A stretch of DNA of 64,000 nucleotides from positions 6,662 to 70,661 of the forward strand of contig JBHLME010000002.1 in assembly GCA_048938445.1 (NCBI GenBank). The letters run 5' to 3'. Below, piece after piece: positions 19,951 to 29,011 of the stretch. A program made the translations under genes and the position numbers. Under the pieces are notes generated by a model. It was not told where the DNA came from, made no database searches, and saw only the letters and a program-made list of their open reading frames with translations. The stretch is from Promethearchaeota archaeon. GTDB taxonomy: Archaea; Asgardarchaeota; Lokiarchaeia; Sigyniarchaeales; SOKP01. Position 1 is the first letter of the stretch. Every line of letters starts with the position of its first letter.

Positions 19951-20146
19951 TGGTATGCGACCATCTAGCTGCACTATCTATTCTGAGTTCGGATGTTATC
20001 AGGTAGATCCTAGCTTACCATGACCGTAAACGTATTTACAGTTTGTCATTTCCCACTGATCGCAACAGCAGTACTATTGACAACGTAAGCAAGTTTAACT
20101 TCCAGAGATATGGCGATATGCCACAGCATCATGGTCATTAATACCA
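19951..20146 (-). other. 5S precursor processing stem with BHB/BHL-like motif
   Basis: Nested complements 19951-56/20141-46, 19959-64/20131-36, 19968-71/20124-27, 19975-79/20106-10; central helix CUGG/UCAG followed by AAG and AAU bulges. Confidence 0.8.
19981..20099 (-). rRNA. rrf: 5S rRNA, circularly permuted gene (3' half 20099-20035, UACG linker 20034-20031, 5' half 20030-19981)
   Basis: Conserved CCGAAC loop C, GUUAA, AGUA/GAA loop E, GCGA loop D; helices I-V all pair once the halves are reordered. Confidence 0.92.
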
Positions 20147-20309
20147 ATTCAAATCCGTTCATAAGATCGGTAATTTGAAATTCGAATTCCTACTTATGTG
20201 GATAAATTATAATAACTCTAATTATTTTTAATAATTAAATTTTATTATATTTATTCGTCTCGTGAAGTAAACCGTTAAATTTAAATAATATTCAAGTGAA
20301 TCATTAAGA

Positions 20310-20864
20310 ATGATCTTTCAGATATTGCTACGTAATGTACCAGACTTTCAATATATAATCAATGCTATAATTGCAATACTAGGAAGATCATTAGATATAA
20401 TTAGCACGAGATATGTTTCAAAAGAATTAAAATTAGAAACAAATAAATTTGCAAGACGTCTTGGATGGCCAGGAGCAATTTTGATTCAGATACCTTTAAT
20501 CATATTAGGATCACTTGATTTTTATTTAGCCTTGTTTTTATTCGTTTGGAGTTTCTATCTTTTTGCCAATAACTTAGAGGGAAGTTGGTATGTAAAACAA
20601 GTGGGAGAAGAGCAATATAAGAATGAATTGAAAGATCAATTAAATCAATCAAAAACACTAAAAATAATTTTAGGTGAAATTTCCTCTCTATTAACTTATA
20701 CCATCTCAGGTATATTAATATTAATCTTTATCTTTGTTTTTAATGATTTTATTGGTGTTGTTTTCATATGTAGTGCATTAATTTTTCAAGGAATAGTAGG
20801 AACGATTAGATCAATAAAATATCTCTTTGAATTAAAAAAAGAAAAAACTTTAGAAGAAAATTAA
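20310..20864 (+). CDS. Hypothetical multi-pass membrane protein
   Basis: About 5 hydrophobic segments; LDIIST..ELKLETN motif. Confidence 0.75.
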   Translation: MIFQILLRNVPDFQYIINAIIAILGRSLDIISTRYVSKELKLETNKFARRLGWPGAILIQIPLIILGSLDFYLALFLFVWSFYLFANNLEGSWYVKQVGEEQYKNELKDQLNQSKTLKIILGEISSLLTYTISGILILIFIFVFNDFIGVVFICSALIFQGIVGTIRSIKYLFELKKEKTLEEN

Positions 20865-20879
20865 TAAAAAAATAAAAGA

Positions 20880-23054
20880 TCATTCTTTTAATCTTTTCAA
20901 ATTACTAGAATGTTGATTGATACCTCTAATAACTATCACTATAGAAAGACCTGTTATAAATGATATAAGAATAGTACCGCCTATCAAGACAATGTAAGTC
21001 GAAGGAATAGGGATGAGGAATTCAAATGTCTGCGAATAAAATTGCGTGTTGTTGGCATAATCTCTAGTGATGATTGTAAATTCATAGAAGCCCGGCATCA
21101 TTTTATTCAATAAGACTTGCAGCAAGGTGTTGTTTTCATACAATGTATTTCTTGATATATCATAGGTGTAGGTTCCACTTATTTTATCTTGAATTAAAAC
21201 AATGGCACTTTCAATTCCCGAGCGGTTATCTGAGGCAAAAATATCGAAACAAATGTTGTCTAAAGTCGTGGGATTAATTTTATCACAAAACACGCTTGAA
21301 ATAACGGGCTTGATATTGTCTTCTTTGGTCGTGAAGTTAAAATGGGAAGGAATTAAATTATGACCTGTAATCGTCACGTTATATTTTTCATTGGCGTTCG
21401 GATAGACGCGAAATTTTGCTATGCCATTTATATCCGCGTATACAGTGTTATATTTCCCATCTTCCGTCGTTAGATGGATTCTCGCATGAGGAACTATATT
21501 GTTTCGTGTATCTCTGATGGTTATTGAGACTAACTGACCTTCATAAATGTCCCCTGTAAATGGATTTGAAGCATTTACGGGTTTGTTCGTGTAGATGTCA
21601 ACTTCGGGATCACCTAAAAGGCAATAGGTCAAGACATTCTTTCTTTGATATCCTAAACTCATCGATGATATTGTCTGGGCAAAGATATCGGAATTTACGT
21701 AATCTAGTTTGGAATCATACAGGGTTTTACCTTGTTGGTAAATTTTATCTTCAAAAAATTTCTCCCAGAATAATTTCGCATTAGCTCTATTTAAAAATTC
21801 GAAATCAAAATCATCTACAATATACCATGTAACGCGTAATGCCCCAATATAACCAATAGCACCAGAGTTAGTCGCTTTGATTAATATTTCTCCTATGTTC
21901 TGATCAGTATCATCATAAGCTGAAGTTGTACAAGCATCAGCATAGATCAATGAAGGCATATCAGCATTAGAACTAGATGATGCTTGAGTATCTGTGTATA
22001 TACTAAAACCTACACCACGGCTACTATATAATCCAGTATCACCATGACCCGCAAACATGATCGTTGAGTAACCACTGTTAAATTCATTGTTAAATTCAGA
22101 AGCATCACTAATTTCGTCTACAGTATCTGATGGATCTACTGAAGTATTCACTGAAAAATAAGTTGATCTATATAAATGAGTAAAATTCATTTCAGGTTCG
22201 ACATAATTTTTCCAGATATATTCTGTCAAACGAGCCTCATCTTCACCATCGGGACTTGCTTCAATAACAGTATCTGAGATTACTCCTGCTAATAACATGT
22301 TATTCATCCAATCATCAATATATGGATCTGACTCGTATTTTATGGTCTTATTGACCATCTGTTGTAATTCGATATAATTGCTAGCTGGCAAGCGTCCAAC
22401 ATACACTTCAGGGATCCAATTAATTTCATCTATTCCAAATGCATTATATATTGGTGATTCACCAAAATTATTGTCATTATCATCATCCCACGTGCCCGTC
22501 AAGTCGGCATAATAAAAATCCGTAGGTTTGTAAACCCTATCACCATGTTCTGGGTGAGGTCCGTTAGGAGCATCGTCAACATCTGGATTATAAACATATC
22601 TTATTGGAATGAGACTATTTTCTGCATCTCCCACTAATAAGACCCATCGAATCCCTTCTTTTTCATAGTATTCCTTTATCATGTTTCGAATTCGTTCTGG
22701 ATCGTCTCTCCCAGGGTATGATGAGAAATTGCTCAATATGATGGTCTTAACTCCTTTTTGGTTCTTCCAGTCCCGTAATGGAATGGTTGCATTGATAAAA
22801 TTCTCATCATCGGGAGTTATGATTATCATTTCAACATCATGGTCATACCAAGTTTCATTTAAATCAGTAAAATTAAATTCAGGTATTAATGACGGATTTA
22901 AATCAGAAATGTAACCTGATGTTTTTAATATTTCAGAATTATTAAAGTTCTTAAAAGTTATTGCGTTAAGGTTTATGATTAAAATATAAGTTGGGAAAAC
23001 AAGGAAAATAATAAATGAGAGATATATAATTCTTTTTAAGAGAAGCGACTTCAT
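20880..23054 (-). CDS. Peptidase C25 (gingipain-like) cysteine protease, membrane anchored
   Basis: VLLVGD, TDFYYADL, VGRLP, FAGHG (His), ADAC (Cys), LLGDP; N-terminal signal/TM and C-terminal TM. Confidence 0.88.
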   Translation of the reverse strand: MKSLLLKRIIYLSFIIFLVFPTYILIINLNAITFKNFNNSEILKTSGYISDLNPSLIPEFNFTDLNETWYDHDVEMIIITPDDENFINATIPLRDWKNQKGVKTIILSNFSSYPGRDDPERIRNMIKEYYEKEGIRWVLLVGDAENSLIPIRYVYNPDVDDAPNGPHPEHGDRVYKPTDFYYADLTGTWDDDNDNNFGESPIYNAFGIDEINWIPEVYVGRLPASNYIELQQMVNKTIKYESDPYIDDWMNNMLLAGVISDTVIEASPDGEDEARLTEYIWKNYVEPEMNFTHLYRSTYFSVNTSVDPSDTVDEISDASEFNNEFNSGYSTIMFAGHGDTGLYSSRGVGFSIYTDTQASSSSNADMPSLIYADACTTSAYDDTDQNIGEILIKATNSGAIGYIGALRVTWYIVDDFDFEFLNRANAKLFWEKFFEDKIYQQGKTLYDSKLDYVNSDIFAQTISSMSLGYQRKNVLTYCLLGDPEVDIYTNKPVNASNPFTGDIYEGQLVSITIRDTRNNIVPHARIHLTTEDGKYNTVYADINGIAKFRVYPNANEKYNVTITGHNLIPSHFNFTTKEDNIKPVISSVFCDKINPTTLDNICFDIFASDNRSGIESAIVLIQDKISGTYTYDISRNTLYENNTLLQVLLNKMMPGFYEFTIITRDYANNTQFYSQTFEFLIPIPSTYIVLIGGTILISFITGLSIVIVIRGINQHSSNLKRLKE

Positions 23055-23158
23055 GAGAATACCGTAATTTACTTTTAAAATGCTTATTTAATTATGTATT
23101 TTATATAAAATTATAAATAAGAATGTAATTATTATATAAAAAAACATTTCAAATTTTA

Positions 23159-23395
23159 ATGCCATTACGATATAATACTTGCCCTCATTGTAATAAAAGA
23201 ATTACTTTTAAAATTGAGAAAGAAGATATTGACCATTCACTATATCCCGCTCCTTTCTATTTATTTCATAAAGAGGATTCATGTAATAAAATTTCAACTT
23301 TTTATGTAGATAGTTTATTACGGGTGTCATATAAAGAGCTTGAGAAAAAAAAATCGAAAGTAGGAAGTAAAATCAAACTAATCGAAACTATTTAA
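23159..23395 (+). CDS. Small putative Zn-binding protein
   Basis: CPHC ... H-x4-C; lies upstream of and co-oriented with aIF2gamma. Confidence 0.65.
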   Translation: MPLRYNTCPHCNKRITFKIEKEDIDHSLYPAPFYLFHKEDSCNKISTFYVDSLLRVSYKELEKKKSKVGSKIKLIETI

Positions 23396-23517
23396 AGGAT
23401 ATAATAAATCTTATTATTATTAATTAATTTAATTAATCAAATTTTCTTAATTTTAAATTAGGAACTTAGTGTAAATCTAAGTACCATCAATGAAAAATTC
23501 ACATTAATTTTTAGATC

Positions 23518-25113
23518 ATGAAACATAATTTAGAAGACGTTACTGGTATTGGAAAAGCAACAGCCGAGCGGTTAAAAAAAGCTGGTATTAATTCTGTTGA
23601 AAAGTTAGTATCAATAGAATTAGATCAATTATTACAAGTAAAAGGTATTGGAGAGTCTACAGCGAAAAGTCTTAAGGAAAAAGCTGAAAATTATTTAAAA
23701 GGATTAAGTGAACCTGCTTCTGAAGGTGGTTCAATTAGCAAACCAAAGGTCGAAAAGCAGAAAGCTACCCTTATAAAAGAAGAAAAAGAAGTTGTTGAAA
23801 AAGACCAAGTAAAAAAGGGAGGTGCTGCAATTATTAAAGGTTCAACTAAAAAAATAGTTCAGAAACAAGCAGAATGCAATATTGGATTAGTGGGACATGT
23901 AGATCATGGAAAAACAACCTTGGTGAAGGCATTAACAGGAGATTGGACAGATAGACACTCTGAGGAGCAAGAACGTGGAATATCTATAAAATTAGGATAT
24001 TCAAACGCAACGATATTATATTGTCCCGAATGTGATAGCTACATGACAGCATATATGGTTGAAAAAGAAAGGAATAAGGGTCAACCCAAATATAATTGTC
24101 CCATGTGTAAAAAAAATTTGGAATTTAAGCGAAATATTTCATTTGTAGACGCTCCAGGTCATGAGATATTAATGGCTACCATGTTAAGTGGAGCTTCATT
24201 GATGGATGGAGCTTGTTTATTAATTGCCGCAGATGAAAAATGCCCACAACCTCAAACCAGAGAACATTTAGCAGCTTTAAATATAGCTGGAATTCAAAAC
24301 ATCATTATCATACAAAATAAAATTGACGCCGTTTCAAAAGAACAAGCATTAGAGAACTATAATCAAATTAAAAAATTTGTTAAAGGAACTGTGGCAGAAA
24401 ATGCACCAGTTATCCCTATTTCAGCAGTTTTTAGTGCTAACTTGGATCTAATTGTAAGAGGTTTTGAAGAAATCATAGCGTCTCCTGAATTAAATGAAAA
24501 TGATGATTTTGAATTTTTAATTGCACGATCTTTCGATATTAATCGTCCTGGAAAAAAAATTGATGAATTAAAAGGTGGAGTTATTGGAGGTTCAGTTTTA
24601 AAGGGGAAAGTTAAAATTGGAGACCAAATCGAAATTAAACCCGGACTTCACATCAAAAATGAGTATAAACCTATAAATTCAACTGTAGTAAGTATTAATC
24701 AAGGAAATATTCAATTAACAGAAGCAAAACCTGGTGGACTTATCGGTCTGGGTACACTTCTTGATCCCACTTTAACAAAGGGAGATTCTTTGATTGGTCA
24801 CTTAGTCGGAAAAGTTGGAACGCTTCCAAATATAATTTCAGAAATTGAACTGGAAGTTAATTTACTTGATCGTGTCGTAGGTTCAGAAAATCAAATAAAA
24901 ATTTATGATCTTAAACATAATGAAAAATTACTATTAGTTGTTGGTACAGAAAAAACAGCAGGAACAGTAACCAAGATATTAAAGAATTCATATATCCTAA
25001 AATTAAATCCACCAATTTGTCCCGCAGAGAATTTCATTTTTGCAATCTCTCGAATCATTAATCGTCGTTATCGTTTAATAGGTTATGGTATAAGAGTTAA
25101 TCATGAAAGGTAG
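23518..25113 (+). CDS. eif2g: Translation initiation factor aIF-2 gamma with N-terminal (HhH)2 domain
   Basis: NIGLVGHVDHGKTT, RGISIKLGY, Zn knuckle, DAPGHE, QNKID, RSFDINRPG, RLIGYG; N-terminal VTGIG/VKGIG HhH. Confidence 0.95.
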   Translation: MKHNLEDVTGIGKATAERLKKAGINSVEKLVSIELDQLLQVKGIGESTAKSLKEKAENYLKGLSEPASEGGSISKPKVEKQKATLIKEEKEVVEKDQVKKGGAAIIKGSTKKIVQKQAECNIGLVGHVDHGKTTLVKALTGDWTDRHSEEQERGISIKLGYSNATILYCPECDSYMTAYMVEKERNKGQPKYNCPMCKKNLEFKRNISFVDAPGHEILMATMLSGASLMDGACLLIAADEKCPQPQTREHLAALNIAGIQNIIIIQNKIDAVSKEQALENYNQIKKFVKGTVAENAPVIPISAVFSANLDLIVRGFEEIIASPELNENDDFEFLIARSFDINRPGKKIDELKGGVIGGSVLKGKVKIGDQIEIKPGLHIKNEYKPINSTVVSINQGNIQLTEAKPGGLIGLGTLLDPTLTKGDSLIGHLVGKVGTLPNIISEIELEVNLLDRVVGSENQIKIYDLKHNEKLLLVVGTEKTAGTVTKILKNSYILKLNPPICPAENFIFAISRIINRRYRLIGYGIRVNHER

Positions 25114-25148
25114 ATTTGATGCAATTCATGATTTAAATTTAAAAACAT

Positions 25149-25475
25149 CTAAGAAGAATAAGAAAGAAAGATTTCTCGAATTTTTCCTTTGACTAAATTT
25201 ATACCCCGAGTTTCAAATATTTTTTGTAATTCCTGAATGACCTTTTCATCAGAATTACTATTACTTGATTTCATTATTGAAAATTTTGTTTCATACAAGA
25301 TCAAGAATTCTTCTATTTTTGAGAGGAAATGCAAAATTATTTCAATTTCCATCTCGCTTGATAAATCTGTTTGATTTTTTACTTCTTTAAATTCATAAAA
25401 AATTTCATTCATTAATCTTTTTTTTTCTAAAAACTCAATGAAATTTTCCACATTATCAATAAAAATGACTATCAA
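25149..25475 (-). CDS. Hypothetical protein
   Basis: 108-aa ORF tightly following the upstream gene. Confidence 0.6.
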   Translation of the reverse strand: MIVIFIDNVENFIEFLEKKRLMNEIFYEFKEVKNQTDLSSEMEIEIILHFLSKIEEFLILYETKFSIMKSSNSNSDEKVIQELQKIFETRGINLVKGKIREIFLSYSS

Positions 25476-25481
25476 ACGTAA

Positions 25482-27215
25482 TTATTGCCTTTTTTTTTTA
25501 TTTTTATAAAATTTGTAGCCTAAAGCCAATACAGATAAATTTATCAATCCAAATATGAGAATCCATAGAGGAAAATGAACAATACTCGTTTTGATATAAT
25601 TAACATCAGCATAAGAATTGATTGTATACTCTCCTTGATATATTCCGAACATGTAAATTTGAATGAGATATTCACCATTTGGAACGTTGTCTATAATAAA
25701 TTCTGCGTTAATATCTGTGCTTTGAGTTGATATTGGTTGAATTCTATTGTTTGAAATATAGGTACCAAAAGGCTTACCATAATAATTAACTACTACATCT
25801 AATCCAACCAATGGCATGCCAATATTATCTAGGATTCTCACGGTCAAGTTTTCAGTAGCACTGTATTTTATAATGAATGGACAAATTTCATTTTTAATGA
25901 GAAAAGGTAGCGTAATATTGATACCCCTACTTTCCCGGTCATTATCAGTTAGAAATGTAGGTTCATCCTCCCAATCAGAAACATTGGCATCTGAATATAA
26001 CAAGTTTCTTTTAAAAGGTGAATCGAATAATATTGAAGTTGCTAAAACTTGCTCAGAAGTAATGGTTCTTTCGAAGATTTCAAGATCATAAATACAAATA
26101 TGCTCAGGTCCAGAAGAGATTGTTGGAAGATAAATTCTTTCCCTTATATTATTTCCACCAACAAGTCTATCAATAGCCCAGGTATTTTCAACAGGATTTA
26201 TGAATTTAACTGTAAAAATGGCAGTAAAATTTAATAAAACACGTGTATTGTTTCCTTGTATTAGATCTGTATGGATAGATTTATCCAGATTTAAGTGATC
26301 TGCTATATCATTAATTGTTTCTCCTATTTCGATGGTATGATTACTTAATAATTCTTTATCTGGAAGATTTAATGTCAAATTAGCTTTAATTTTATCATCA
26401 CCTAATATAATTTGATCTATATTAGCTCCAAACTTATAACAGAGTAAATTTAGTTTATATTCAAATTTTCTTTCAAAAGATTGTTCCTGTTCAGTTATGG
26501 GAATATTACCTTCATAATGACGATCTAAATTCCAATTATCAACTGAAATATTGTAGTCCCATATAATATTTATGTAAAAATTGGGAGGCGGACTTCCCAT
26601 GAAATAATTTTCATAATTAAAATATAGGAAATTATTTTCATCTATTGAATAGTTGACTTCATCAACTTTTATGGGAGACCCCGATGCTCCTGCCTCCTTT
26701 ACATACAATTCAGATAAATGACAAGGTGCTAAGCGTGGACCATAAATAATATACCCTTCTGAATTGGGGACGCTCGAAACATACGTGATATTCAATGTCT
26801 CATTTAATTGAACAGTAATGATCTCTCTTTTAACAATATCAGGATTGATGTTATCATGAATCGCAGGTTCTAGAGTATTTATGAACTCCATTCCAGTTAA
26901 TGTCATGTTAAGAGCAGAATTATTATAATCATCGAAAAGTAAAGGATATTTGGGATTATAAAGATAAAAACCTAATTCTAAATCAGAAAATTCCATGTCA
27001 TTTACCGTGATATTCCCAAGTCCATTGTCATACGCATAAATAATGGGCTCGTAATCTTTTTTTTGAAATATTTGAGTTTTTGGGAGAATAATCCCACCAT
27101 TTTCGGGATTTGTATCAAACAATAAAGAATTATTAATATTGATGAAAAAAATAGGTAATGATAAATTAATAACTAAGATAATTACAAATATTTTTGCTGA
27201 TTTTGACCCGGTCAT
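25482..27215 (-). CDS. Secreted/surface glycoprotein with C-terminal membrane anchor
   Basis: N-terminal hydrophobic signal, many NxS/T sites, C-terminal carboxypeptidase-regulatory-like beta domain, TM plus KKKRQ. Confidence 0.75.
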   Translation of the reverse strand: MTGSKSAKIFVIILVINLSLPIFFININNSLLFDTNPENGGIILPKTQIFQKKDYEPIIYAYDNGLGNITVNDMEFSDLELGFYLYNPKYPLLFDDYNNSALNMTLTGMEFINTLEPAIHDNINPDIVKREIITVQLNETLNITYVSSVPNSEGYIIYGPRLAPCHLSELYVKEAGASGSPIKVDEVNYSIDENNFLYFNYENYFMGSPPPNFYINIIWDYNISVDNWNLDRHYEGNIPITEQEQSFERKFEYKLNLLCYKFGANIDQIILGDDKIKANLTLNLPDKELLSNHTIEIGETINDIADHLNLDKSIHTDLIQGNNTRVLLNFTAIFTVKFINPVENTWAIDRLVGGNNIRERIYLPTISSGPEHICIYDLEIFERTITSEQVLATSILFDSPFKRNLLYSDANVSDWEDEPTFLTDNDRESRGINITLPFLIKNEICPFIIKYSATENLTVRILDNIGMPLVGLDVVVNYYGKPFGTYISNNRIQPISTQSTDINAEFIIDNVPNGEYLIQIYMFGIYQGEYTINSYADVNYIKTSIVHFPLWILIFGLINLSVLALGYKFYKNKKKRQ

Positions 27216-27439
27216 TTTAGTTTGATAAGTTTAACTTTAAATGAATGTAGAGCTAATTTAATTAAATAATATTTTTTTAGTTTTATTTTTTATTAATTTA
27301 TCATTTATCAAGTATTTTTATCTAATTCCTTTATTATATTTTCACTTATTAAGTAAGGAGAAATAAATTTTTAAGAAATTTATCATTCACTCTTTAATAT
27401 AAAAACATTATATAGTACTTTTTTTATTAATTGATATAA

Positions 27440-28816
27440 ATGACCCAAAACGTAAATCGTGAAAAATTTTTAAAAGATCTTGATAATTCCGTAGATCAAT
27501 TTATAGACGGTTCATTTAATAAAGTAATTACTATTTCTCATAATGATGCTGATGGAATTAGTTGTCTACATCTAATGCAGAACTTGCTATATAAAATGAA
27601 TATTGATTATGATTATTTTATTTATAATAGGTCGGTTTCCTGGGCCAATTATCTCAACGGGATCTTATCAAAAAGGCAATCGAATAAGACTGCTTATATA
27701 TTTACAGATGTAGGATCAAACCTTACTGAATTGATTCCAATTATAAATAAAAGAGAAGATCACTTTTTCATTCTTGATCATCATGAATTAGACATTGATA
27801 TTAATGAGTGTCAAATCCCTGAAAATCTGCATTTTGTCAATCCAACTATTTATGGTTTTGATGGTCTTGAACACATAGCAGGTGCCACCATAGCATACAT
27901 GTTTGCTAAAAAGATATACCCCTCGATGATCAAGCAAGGTTGGTTGGCAATAATTGGAATTGCAGGGGACTCACTTACATCAATGAATAATTTAAAATCT
28001 TTCAATAAAGAAATATATCAAGAAATCTTGGATGAAGAGATTTTCGAAAATAGAGAAGGGATAATTTTGTACGGAGCAATGTTTGATTCTATAAAGAATG
28101 GTTTGAAATTTAGTATTCTTCCCTATGTTAAACAACTTGGTGGTGAAGATGATCAAGCCATAAAATTGTTTTTATCAAACCTAAAAATAAATCCACGTAA
28201 AAAAGTATATGATCTAGATGATTCTGAAATCTTAAAAATACAAGAAGAAACGGAAACTAATAAGGGAGAATATGCATATTTGCATCAAAAACAAGGAATG
28301 CTTCAATTTGCATTTGAACATGCCCTCTTATTAAATATTCTATGCTTTAAAAATATAAGTGCTGCATTATCAATCATTCAATTGACAAAAGCGACTCGTT
28401 ATGCTAAGGATTTATATTATGAGTATATTGGAAACCTTGCAAAAAATATGAAAACACTTTCAACAGAATTACCACGCTATGAAACAAAAAAAGCAATCTT
28501 TGTTGATGTAATGGGAAAAATACCTCCAAGTAGTTGGTCGGATACAGCTAGTTTTAGTTCTGTAAATGAACTTTTAGATCCATATAAAATTTTAATTTTG
28601 GGTGGAGAAGAAAAAAAGTCAAGAACTATTAAGCTGAGTATTCGTTGTTCAAAAAAATATATTGAAAAAAATAATGGTTTTGGCGTTAATTCTATCATAA
28701 GTAGAATTAAATCTGAATATGGAGGAATGGGAGGGGGACATAAACTGGCAGGAGGAATAAGATTATCTAAACCTTCTTATAATCTTCTCAAATCTAATAT
28801 TGATAATTTATTTTAA
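27440..28816 (+). CDS. DHH-family phosphoesterase (archaeal RecJ/Cdc45-like)
   Basis: HNDADG, TDVG, LDHH, C-terminal DHHA1 GGGHKLAGG. Confidence 0.85.
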   Translation: MTQNVNREKFLKDLDNSVDQFIDGSFNKVITISHNDADGISCLHLMQNLLYKMNIDYDYFIYNRSVSWANYLNGILSKRQSNKTAYIFTDVGSNLTELIPIINKREDHFFILDHHELDIDINECQIPENLHFVNPTIYGFDGLEHIAGATIAYMFAKKIYPSMIKQGWLAIIGIAGDSLTSMNNLKSFNKEIYQEILDEEIFENREGIILYGAMFDSIKNGLKFSILPYVKQLGGEDDQAIKLFLSNLKINPRKKVYDLDDSEILKIQEETETNKGEYAYLHQKQGMLQFAFEHALLLNILCFKNISAALSIIQLTKATRYAKDLYYEYIGNLAKNMKTLSTELPRYETKKAIFVDVMGKIPPSSWSDTASFSSVNELLDPYKILILGGEEKKSRTIKLSIRCSKKYIEKNNGFGVNSIISRIKSEYGGMGGGHKLAGGIRLSKPSYNLLKSNIDNLF

Positions 28817-29011
28817 AATTAATGTGAATTTGAAAAATGAAATGACATTTCAACAAAAAATGAAATGATAAAAAAAATGGTTTGATATTTTTTTTATATG
28901 ACAAGTCTATCATTAAAAATACTTTTTTTAAACTTGTTTTATTACTATATAAAATTAAACATTTAAAATAATTCGTTAATTTTTATTTAAAATTGAAAAA
29001 GAAATGAAAAG

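Noticed and set aside
19981-20099. Reading the 5S locus as two broken pseudogene fragments from a tandem duplication
   Set aside because: The halves are exactly complementary with no gap, all helices pair, helix I is capped by a tetraloop, and the flanks form a processing stem that restores the junction precisely.
28831-28870. AAAAATGAAATGA direct repeat upstream of a hydrolase
   Set aside because: Low complexity in a very AT-rich background.
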